A DNA stretch of 63,561 bases, filler included, from Octopus bimaculoides (lineage: Eukaryota), in NCBI RefSeq assembly GCF_001194135.2. It is 5 parts of 4 records of this genome, joined end to end, with 100 filler letters (N's around TTAATTAATTAA, not from the genome) between each part and the next. Parts side by side here need not be neighbours in the genome. Positions count along the whole stretch, not along the records: positions 1 to 25,564 come from NC_068991.1; 4 more parts are not named here. One strand, written 5' to 3'. Made by a program: the position numbers and the translations under genes. Numbering within the stretch: position 1 is the first letter of the stretch; the number at the start of each line of letters is the position of its first letter. Below the pieces are notes generated by a model. It saw nothing but the letters and a program-made list of their open reading frames with translations, was not told where the DNA came from and ran no database searches. Shown piece by piece: positions 11,746 through 20,890 of the stretch.

Positions 11746-12089
11746 TCTCTGTATAATTATTAGCTGATATAAATGTTGGTTGATTGATTTTTTCAGTCAT
11801 GCTTTACATTGTATAGAGTGAGGAGAGAGAGAGAGAGAGAGTAAAAGAGAGATACAGAGAGAAATAATAGAAGAGGTGCAGGATGAGTGCATGCTCTGGG
11901 TTTGGTGGCAGGCAATGAATAAAGGACAACTAAACATGGGGAGAGAGAAAGAATCATAGAGAACAGGAAGGAAGAGGGGGAGTAAATGACGTAGTGGTAA
12001 GGGAGTGAATTTTACGAAATGAGAAATTTGTTTTATTTAATTTTATTGTAAGGTAATACATATTTGTTTTTTGAAAATTAAATATTCAT

Positions 12090-12249
12090 AGGAGTGGCTG
12101 TGTGGTAAGTAGCTTGCTTACCAACCACATGGCTCCGAGTTCAGTCCCACTGCGTGGCACCTTGGGCAAGTGTCTTCTACTATAGCCTCGGGCTGACCAA
12201 AGCCTTGTGAGTGGATTTGGTAGGGGGAAACTGAAAGAAGCCTGTCGTA

Positions 12250-12294
<45 letters not shown>

Positions 12295-12500
12295 ATGTTT
12301 GTGTGTCTGTGTTTGTCCCCCCAACATCGCTTGACAACCGATGCTGGTGTGTTTATGTCCTTGTAACTTAGCGGTTCAGCAAAAGAGACCGATAGAATAA
12401 GTACTAGGCTTCCAAAGAATAAGTCCTGGGGTCGATTTGCTCGACTAAAGGCGGTGCTCCAGCATGGCCGCAGTCAAATGACTGAAACAAGTAAAGGAGT
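12090..12500 (+). mobile_element. Full-length tRNA-head SINE family B (possibly CORE-SINE related)
   Basis: Pol III A/B boxes, ggcaccttgggcaagtgtctt segment, internal (TA)n(TG)n, tail cagcatggccgcagtcaaatgactgaaacaagta. Confidence 0.85.
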
Positions 12501-12669
12501 ATAGATGCATATGTGGCTGTGTGGTAAAAAGTTTGTTTTCCAACCATAAGATTCTGGGTTTGGTCCCATTGTATTATGCTGTGAAAACTTTGGAAAAGAC
12601 ACAAAAGAAAGACAATTTTATTCTTTCTAATAGATTTGCAAGATCTTTTTTTACCAAGGAAAAAATCTC

Positions 12670-12675
12670 TTTATT
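12670..12675 (-). promoter_or_regulatory. Candidate polyadenylation signal AATAAA of the UGT gene
   Basis: tttatt on the plus strand, about 120 nt past the stop codon. Confidence 0.5.
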
Positions 12676-12796
12676 GAAAAGTAATGGATTGAAATTTTGT
12701 ATAAAATTGTAAAGATTAATGGCTTAAACATTTTTTTAAATGAAATATTATCAGGCGGATATGTTGTATGGTTAACCAGATATAATATTAATGAAA

Positions 12797-14326
12797 TTAA
12801 TCAAGTTTAGTATTTTTCTTTGTAAAATGTAAATAACATTTTCGAATGACAATACTCACTATTAATGTTAAAATAATGAAAATCACAAATATTACTAAAT
12901 ATATATCCAGCATGAAATATTGATAAAGTGGCATAGTTTGACAAGAAGATCTTAAATAATCTCCGCCGTATTTTATTACGTGGTCTATATACCTTGCACC
13001 TTTAGCTGCTGGATGTTCTGGTTGTGACCGATATATTTCACTTGCAATTTTTATTTTAGCTTTATATTTTGGATTCTCAATCAGTTCATTTATATTTGAT
13101 ACAAGTTCGTCTTTGCTGTAATTAAACAAATCCATTGATATACCGTATCCCTTGATTTGTATTCGATGTCCATTATGATATTGTTCGGCAAATACTGGGA
13201 ATCCCAACATTGGAACTCCATGATAAAGAGCCTCAAATTGACCATTGTTTCCACAATGTGTAATGAAGAGTTTTGTTTTTGGATGACCCAAAAGATCATT
13301 TTGTGGCAACCATTTTGTGACAAAGATGTTCGGTGCTAACTGTTTTGAATCTGGTCGTTTCCAAATGACACTATATTTTATATCTTGAAATGCTAGTTCC
13401 ATCTTTGCAATGACTTTCTTTGGTAACTCCTCCACGAAACTTCCAAATGAAACAACAATAATCCCATGATTAGATTCATCGGCAAATTTACGTAAGTCCC
13501 CTTTCAATGCAGATGCTGGTCTGGTTGATATTCCACCGATGGATATGACATTAGGAAGTGTTGGAAATGGATAGTCCAGTACTGTATCTGTCTCAATCAG
13601 ATATAAATCAGCTTGTTGCATCAAACTCGTAAAAGTTATATCAGGCTTTTCTGGAGCATATGTTTTAACACTTTTCAGTGGAGCTCCATTTAGTCGTTTG
13701 AAATACGTAGACATCGTTACGAAACTGTTTTCAAGTCTGTCATAGAAATTCATTTGATCTGAATTAATAAGTGCCTGGTGAGGAAATGTTGATGGCAGCC
13801 AGGGTGTTCGACTGATGGCACAATGTTCAAAATTAAGTCCTTGAAATACATATGGAATAGATAATCTGTATGGTATGATAGCTAGACAGTTACTCATAAA
13901 CACATAATCTACCACTGCGATTGTTGCATTTATAGCTTTCAGTGATTGAAACCAGTCTTCATCAAGTAATAAGTTATCACAAATAGCGTCCATCGTTTCT
14001 TGAAGCTGCTTAAATGTTATATTTGAATTCTTATAAAGTAGCTGCATTCCCATTTCTATAAATGTGAGAAGGTTTGGATCATTTTTCATGTGCATAATTT
14101 TTACTCCTTTGTATGTCTTAAAATGCTCAACAAGGTCTTCGGTAATGGGCAAGTAACTTGTATGAGAAAGTTTGCTCAGTTCTCTGCCCATAGAAGCCAA
14201 AGACTGTACATGACTAAAAAGTGGCCATGACAGTAGAAGTATGTTGTCAGCCTCAGCAACTTCATTCTTATTCAAAAATGCCAAAAGTAGTATACTGCTA
14301 AATAGAATTTTCCACATCATAGTCAT
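12797..14326 (-). CDS. UDP-glycosyltransferase (UGT / GT1 family, ER type-I membrane protein), single coding exon
   Basis: 509-aa ORF with signal peptide, catalytic H39 (FSHV) and D140, the signature WLPQNDLLGHPKTKLFITHCGNNGQFEALYHGVPMLGFPVFAEQ, C-terminal TM helix (about 471-495) with a Lys-rich tail, and N-glycosylation sequons at N102, N133 and N402. Subfamily not assignable from sequence alone. Confidence 0.97.
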   Translation of the reverse strand: MTMMWKILFSSILLLAFLNKNEVAEADNILLLSWPLFSHVQSLASMGRELSKLSHTSYLPITEDLVEHFKTYKGVKIMHMKNDPNLLTFIEMGMQLLYKNSNITFKQLQETMDAICDNLLLDEDWFQSLKAINATIAVVDYVFMSNCLAIIPYRLSIPYVFQGLNFEHCAISRTPWLPSTFPHQALINSDQMNFYDRLENSFVTMSTYFKRLNGAPLKSVKTYAPEKPDITFTSLMQQADLYLIETDTVLDYPFPTLPNVISIGGISTRPASALKGDLRKFADESNHGIIVVSFGSFVEELPKKVIAKMELAFQDIKYSVIWKRPDSKQLAPNIFVTKWLPQNDLLGHPKTKLFITHCGNNGQFEALYHGVPMLGFPVFAEQYHNGHRIQIKGYGISMDLFNYSKDELVSNINELIENPKYKAKIKIASEIYRSQPEHPAAKGARYIDHVIKYGGDYLRSSCQTMPLYQYFMLDIYLVIFVIFIILTLIVSIVIRKCYLHFTKKNTKLD

Positions 14327-14346
14327 TTTGCAGCTTCTTCAAATAC

Positions 14347-14375
14347 CTGAAGGTATTAATAAAACATAATAATTA
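14347..14375 (-). promoter_or_regulatory. 3' splice acceptor of a 5'-UTR intron of the UGT gene
   Basis: Minus strand ...gttttattaataccttcAG|gtatttgaagaagctgcaaaATG; the exon would start at 14346. Confidence 0.65.
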
Positions 14376-14589
14376 TTACTATAAATCATTGAAAAAAAAC
14401 AACCCACAACAATGTAAATAAATGAGAAAGGGACAAACCCATTTCAATACTTTAGTCATACAAGAGCTTAATCCTGAATGGAGGAGATCGCAAAGTCATT
14501 CTGCTATGATAGAAAGGTGAAGATCAAGAAATGCTGCAGCATGCATTGATTGATAGCATTATCATAAATAGCTATTATCATTATTATCT

Positions 14590-14838
14590 TTATTAAGCAA
14601 GGCCGTTAGAGCTTCAGAAAAACTGCCTTGCAGTATTTCTTCCAGCTGTTTACACTTTGAGTTCAAATTCTGCCATTGTCCAGCTCTTTACATTCTGAGC
14701 TCAAATGCTGCCAACGCCAACTTTGCCATTCAATAATTTTGGGGTTGATAAAACAAACACCTACTGAGCTCTAGGGTCCATATAATCGTCTTCCCACTCC
14801 ACTAAAAATTGCTGGCCTTGTGCCAAAATTAGAATTAT
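14590..14838 (+). mobile_element. SINE family A with internal partial duplication
   Basis: Duplicated tctgagttcaaat segment; tail aattgctggccttgtgccaaaatt. Confidence 0.7.
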
Positions 14839-15125
14839 TTCCTCTGCCTTAGTGAAGGCAGAGGTATTGTTTCCAGTCATGTTTGTCTGTTTGTCCGTGG
14901 ACAAGATATTTCAAGAACCGCTGGATGGATTCAGATGAAACTTTCAGGGATGTTTGGCCTCATGACTAGCACGAACTGATTAGATTTTGGGATCGACCTG
15001 GTACCAGACAAGGATTCTGAATTATTTTTCCAGTGTTTTTACTTAATTTTTAAGGGATGTCGGGTTCATTTTTATTATTCTTGTTTGTGAGAACAGTCGA
15101 GTTTATTTCAGATATTCTCATTTTA
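14839..15125 (+). mobile_element. Non-autonomous Helentron/HINE-like element
   Basis: 5' hairpin cctctgcctt-agtg-aaggcagagg followed by a gtttgtctgtttgtcc microsatellite; second copy at 25185-25392. Confidence 0.6.
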
Positions 15126-15222
15126 AAAATCCTCTCCAGCTAATCGATGAGAGGACATTGGTGTTGCCGTGGCAGAGGTTTGCTCTCTGTGAGTGCTTTT
15201 GTTATTATTGTTATTATTATTA

Positions 15223-15273
<51 letters not shown>

Positions 15274-15559
15274 CGGTGAGCAGATAGAATCATTTGTGTA
15301 TTGGACAAAATGCTTAGCAGCATTTCTTCCGGCTCTTGAGTTTTTCAATTTACAGTTACTTTCAAATATATTTTTTCATAAGAAATGGGTGCTACTTTGG
15401 CGTGTGATCTACAAGCGAGATTACTTTAGGTTACTTTTAAAATTATTTTGTACATACTTAGCATTGTAAATGTATTTTTTCAAAACCAGCTAAAGGAAAT
15501 GTCCTCTTGGGGTTAGAAAATCGCAGTAGAGTCCACTCAAACAGACAGCCATGTTAAAG

Positions 15560-16267
15560 CAGAGCCGTCACATGACTTTTAGAGGCTCCCTGCAACTTTT
15601 TATTTTGAGGCCCCATCTCTTCAATCAAAATTCATAATCTACGCACCTTTTATTGATAGCTATATTTTACTTTATTCCATCTGAAATTCAATATTTTTCG
15701 TTATCCTAAAGAACGTCTTTAAAAGTACAAGTTAAATTTATTTAGGGTTGGAATTATCGTATTATTTCATGTTTAGGAAGGCCAACATTTAATAGGGTTG
15801 AATATTTATTCAATGGACTTACAAATATCAGAAGATAAGCATTTCAAAATAACAACTGTGAAGTATAGTTGTCTCGGCTTTTGTATGCGAAGAAGTTTAT
15901 TCAAGAACACTAAAATACTAAAACATTTTCAGTCCAAAACAAAAGCAAACTATTTCAAACTATATATTTTTGAAAAATAGACGCGAATATTCTCAAAGAC
16001 TTGATAACAGTCGAAAAAGACTTTTTTAAATTCTGTATTTCACTGTTAGCTGTTGCGATTGGATAGACAATACTACAATACAAACTGTAAAGTCAAAATA
16101 CCAGAGATGCAAAATATGAAGAAATCACAAATTCAAGGGCAAAATAGTACCTTGCAAAATAAAATACCTCAATCACAAACTAGTTACAACTGAAGAATTG
16201 AGATGCTTGGTGACAGTGAGCAAACAATATTTGTATCACTATATATCACACACACAAACTTCTGTGT

Positions 16268-16311
<44 letters not shown>

Positions 16312-16643
16312 ACGCCTTGTTTTTGANNNNNNNNNNGAGAGAGAGAGAGAGAGAGAGAGAGAGGGGGAGAGAGAGAGAGAAATGAAGAGAGAAACGCCAG
16401 TGTTTTAATGGTGGCAACTGATGAAGGATATGTTCTCTATGTGGCCTGTGTGTTTTTTGTACCTTGTTTAAATTTATTTACGGTACACCCTCGTATTTCT
16501 TTCCTAGTCTGGCTTGAAGTTTTCAGTTAACGTCTTAACCATAGTAAATAGATGGCTCATCTATGTAGTTTGATCTCAACATGAAGCCACTCAACCGCGG
16601 AGGCCCCGACCGCAGGGGTTGGAGGGGCTTAGCGACGATCCTA
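15560..16643. mobile_element. Non-autonomous hAT (Tip100-like) element
   Basis: Ends cagagccgtca / cgacgatccta, GC-rich subterminal gaggcccc motifs at both ends, flanking direct repeat (t)gttaaag / (a)gttaaag. Confidence 0.6.
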
Positions 16644-16990
16644 GTTAAAGTGGCTACGAATATTACTTGTCAGTACAACTACTGCGTTGAGCTCTTAAAG
16701 AGATTTTAGAACCAGCATTTTTGTTTCTTACCATTTTAATAATAAGAAAATCATGTAATAATTAAAATAAGCGCCTAGATCATCTACCAAAATAAATTTG
16801 CTCACGTAGATCACACGGAAAGTAACACTAACACAAAGTAAACTAAAAAGTAACCTAAAGTAATCTCCCTTTAAATTTGTAGACCAAACGACAAAGTAGC
16901 ACGTTGCTTTTTTAAGAAATGTTGTGAATTTAGTGCTGGTTTCTTGTGAAAATGAAACTGCCTTCGAATCGTCGCATTGTAAAAATCTTT

Positions 16991-17609
16991 GGATTTATTT
17001 CAAAACGGGGGCACCAGTTTTCATTTATGTTTTATGTAGTGCTTTTGGTACCGAAAGACTTTCAAACTTCGTATACTTATCTATTTTGTGTTATAGAACA
17101 GAAAAAAAATTTTGTATTCGAATTTATTTCATGTAAAAAATTGTCTTATTTCGATAATTTCTACTAATCACTGACGTCTATTCAGTTGAAAACAGTTAGC
17201 GCTGTAACGGTGTATATCGTATTAATCCCCTAACCCTAAAACTAACCCTAACTCTAGAATCTGAACTCTAAAATTGTTACACACATAGATACGCACAGCG
17301 TAATTTATTATATAAACAATATATGCGTATAAATTACGATTAAACTGGATGAAATATGTCACAGGGAATAACATTTTTATGACCGCCAAGCAGTAACTCT
17401 ATTGAGCTGAATAGACGTCCGTGATTGGTTGAAATTACAGAAATACGACAACTTTAACATGGAATAACTTGCGATGTACGTTTTTTTGTTAAGAAGACTA
17501 AGAGTAAAAGATGTTTTATATGACACATTCTACCAGTGTCCCAAGTTTCAAAGTGTTTCGTTAGTGTTTTGTTAAGAAAATACTGGTGCCCCCGTTTTGA
17601 AATAGATCC
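16991..17609. mobile_element. 619-bp MITE with long TIRs and perfect 8-bp TSD (Merlin-like)
   Basis: TIR ggatttatttcaaaacgggggcaccag / ctggtgcccccgttttgaaatagatcc; TSD aaatcttt at 16983-16990 and 17610-17617; internal (ctaacc)-like repeats at 17227-17272. Confidence 0.85.
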
Positions 17610-18089
17610 AAATCTTTAGCCAACATCTTACGGGTTTGTAGAAATTGAAAAGTAAAGAAAAAAGTAACCTAAAGTAATTTCCCTTGTACACCACAGGCCA
17701 AAGTATTATCAAGGAATGTTTCCTTTTTGCTTTTCACAATACTGGTGTAATTACTCCCAAAAATTCAACAATTAAAAAAGGAAAACCATTAATAATATCA
17801 TTTAATACACATACTCGGGACATCCAATACTATTTTTGCAAGTCCCCGGATTATTTTGGCTTACAATTGCAGTTAGATATACCTAAGACCAACGATCGCC
17901 ATTTCGTTAAAAACAATATGCGTTTTAAAGAAAACAATTGCAGCGTGGAAGGTGCTTATAAGCCATTTAAAATAACACACAAAAACCATCAGATTCACTT
18001 CAACATTTAAATTTAATTTGTCAAAATATTCTCGACGCTTTGAAACCGCGACCTGTTCACTGACAAAATTGATGCAGCACAATTTAACA

Positions 18090-18666
18090 AAAATTTATAT
18101 ATTGCAAGTTATTTCATGTTAAAGTTGTCGTATTTCTGTAATTTCAACCAATCACTGACGTCTATTCAGCTGAATACAGTTACTGCTGTTTTTGTAAACA
18201 ATAATTTTTGCCGGTATCAAGATCGTTATTCCCTAAGGTTAGGGTTAGGGTTATGAGTTAGGTTATGGCAAAAATAATCATAACCCTAACCCTAACTCTA
18301 AAACTCGAACCCTAACCCTAAAACCAAAACCAGTACAAATGCACGAACGATGTTATAAATAACCATACCACGGATAGTTGTTGTTGACAAACTACGGCAC
18401 TAATTTTATTCAAGGGAAAAGATCCCATGACACCGTTAGAACATGTTGTTTACATTCCACGGCAGTAATCGTTTTCACCTCAATAGTGATTGGTTGAAAT
18501 TACCAAAATACGACAATTTTTTACATGAAATAACTTCGAATACAAAAATTTTTATCTGTTCTATAACACAAAATATACAAGTATACGAAGTTTGAAAGTG
18601 TTTCGGTACCAAAAACACTACATAAAACATAGATGAAAAGTGGTGCCTGTCAATTCAGAAAGATCC
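18090..18666. mobile_element. Second MITE of the same family, opposite orientation, one end lost
   Basis: 18480-18666 is the reverse complement of arm 16991-17190; 18095-18175 is the reverse complement of arm 17400-17480; TTAGGG-like repeats inside. Confidence 0.75.
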
Positions 18667-19002
18667 CCATCTGGTCTCTTACCATCACTTCTGGATAATT
18701 CCGCCGGCTCCAGAACTGAGGAGATATTAGCCTGAGCTATGGCCCCCTTTAATGATCAGGTTTAGCTTGGTGTGACGAACGAAACGACTGGCATTTAGGC
18801 GACATGGTAAACCTTGAAGGCCTGTAGAGGCCTGGGGCCTATCACAGCGACATCTCAATCCCCCACAGACATCGGCTCCCACTCTGAGTGCAATGAAGAT
18901 GCAGAGCTCATCCAGATTGAGCTGACTATCAATATTGGCCACAGGCAGGGCATCAACCCAGTTCCCCGAGAATGTCACTCTTGGGGAACGTAACACTTTC
19001 AA
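18667..19002 (-). mobile_element. CRE-clade-like non-LTR retrotransposon relic (RLE domain)
   Basis: SGNWVDALP...IALRVGADVCGGLRCRC...GLPCRLNASRFVRHTKLNLIIK, then after a frameshift AIAQANISSVLEPAELSRSDGKRPDG; Zn-knuckle plus the start of the PD..D nuclease. Confidence 0.75.
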
Positions 19003-19049
19003 AACTGATCAGATTAATTAACCGAAAAGTAACTCAAAGTAAAGAAAAA

Positions 19050-20890
19050 TTACCAGTCAAAACTCACAAGCAACAGTTCTGTCAGATTTAGGTTTTAAGA
19101 GGTTAAAATAGATTTACTTTATACTTACAAAGAGGTGAAGAAAAAGATGCGTTACGTTCAGCTTATACTTCAGAATGTTCACATTCTTCTGAGCCGCCAA
19201 AATATAAACGAAAGAAGTTCGTTGATAGAGTGATATTTAATGTTAATTAACCCTTGCAGTTGTAACTCTATCGCTGTTTAATTCATCCATTTATAAACAA
19301 CAACAGCTACAAAACATGACAGTAATAAATATAAGGTTGTTGAGGCACGAACACAAACTGTGATAAATAACAATATACAAAAAAATTTCTAAAACAGTTT
19401 GAAGATATAACATTAAAATAGACTCGTTGATAGTGTTATCAGTAGATAAAATATTTGTGACATCTTAGGAATACAAATAGCATTAATGGTAGGATTACAT
19501 AGCATGAATATGTATAAACCAGTGAGCATTGTACATTTAGTGAGGGTATATTTAGGCTTATCATAATTTCTTAGACATCAAATCGGGACAACCTTCAAAT
19601 TGTATGTAAATTGGAATTTCCCTTCGTTTTTTTTTTCACGACTTTAACCGGGAAAATTAAAATGAAGAATGAGAAGTACTATATTTATTCTCTAAAAATG
19701 CGTATTACAAATGTTTCAAAATGTGGAATGTTATAACATTGAAGATATATTGTGCAACATAATTTGAACAACCAAACTTAACTTACAGTTAGATTATCCC
19801 CCTTTACCAAACAATGAAAAGTACGGTACGTTTCTTGCTTATGTTTGTTTCGTCAAAGATTAACTCTTGGTTAAAGAGCTATTATTTGTAAGGCAATTAG
19901 AAATAGATACAGCCAGTATTTCGTTTTTGAGTAGTAGAAGGAACACTTTCGATGATAGTTTGTCACCGCTGCTTCACCAGTTTATTGACAATACCCAGTG
20001 TTTTCACTCGTTACAAATAACTTAAGTGATAGACTTAAATCCACTAGCGTAGCTGGGGTGTGGGTGGGGGTGGGGCGGTAGGGTGGCACTTTTAAAGAGG
20101 CACAACTTTTGGCAACCCCGCTCGAAATTACCAAAGCATCATTTCTGTAAAGGCCAAAGCTAGNNNNNNNNNNNNNNNNNNNNNNNNNNNNNNNNNNNNN
20201 NNNNNNNNNNNNNNNNNNNNNNNNNNNNNNNNNNNNNNNNNNNNNNNNNNNNNNNNNNNNNNNNNNNNNNNNNNNNNNNNNNNNNNNNNNNNNNNNNNNN
20301 NGGGTTTCAACATCCAAGCGTTCCCGCTATTATTCGGTCCCTTACCAAGGCAGACAGCGACCAAGCAAGACGTCTAAGCAAGCTCTCCCATTTGAGTGTG
20401 GTTGAACCAAGTTGTCTCTATAACGACAACAGCACGAAGAACCGTACATCTACATTTCAGGCTACTCTAAAACCGGACAATTAGAAGCTGTTTTCCTTTT
20501 CCACCGAACAATAAATATTTGTTGTTGTTGATCAGTTTGGAGTTTCTGCGTCAGTTCTCTTCCAATTTAATGTAGGAGAGTTAGGTGTATATCTAAAGAT
20601 ATATAACCCACTCTCCTAAACCAGTAAGGTCACACACAACTGTCGAATGCACCTAAGGCTATTTCGAAGGAGCTCTCTGTGTTAGAGTGCTTGGTCCAGG
20701 CCAATCCCTTCCTGAAGAATAGAGTTTTTCTGGAGTACATGATAATGCACATGTGTGCATTTCTAACCGCAGTGTGGGTTCTAGTAAAATCCAGTGCTCT
20801 ATACAATAATTCTCTCCATATAGACGGATGGAAATCCCGTTTCATCTTTTTCTCAGCACCTACAAACCAGATGTGATACTTAATCACCTC
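19050..20890 (-). mobile_element. Decayed Penelope-like element (RT through GIY-YIG C-terminus)
   Basis: DFHPSIWRELLYRALDF...IIMYSRKTLFF...FEIALGAFDS (20630-20887), FGLYRNDAL (about 20135-20163, GLYRDDGL-type), NLNLTELLL near 19070-19100. Confidence 0.65.

Noticed and set aside
12090-12165. SINE heads as tRNA genes (also 6593, 22399, 27947, 28790-28865)
   Set aside because: A/B boxes are present but there is no cloverleaf, and they continue into repeat bodies
12797-12820. Canonical ER-retention dilysine motif in the UGT tail
   Set aside because: KKNTKLD has Lys at -3 but not at -4 or -5, so it is not strictly KKxx/KxKxx; the retention signal is uncertain and not reported as a feature
13090-13339. 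Short ORFs overlapping the UGT CDS
   Set aside because: Shadow or alternative frames of a real gene with no independent features
16390-16440. gaaac...ctgatga, hammerhead-like core
   Set aside because: No UH cleavage triplet with stem I, and no stem II closing; topology incomplete
17684-18010. 108-aa plus-strand ORF between the two MITEs
   Set aside because: No recognisable motif; probably antisense to the 3' part of the CRE-like element
17227-18325. Chromosome end or true telomere
   Set aside because: Only a few imperfect units, internal to a MITE
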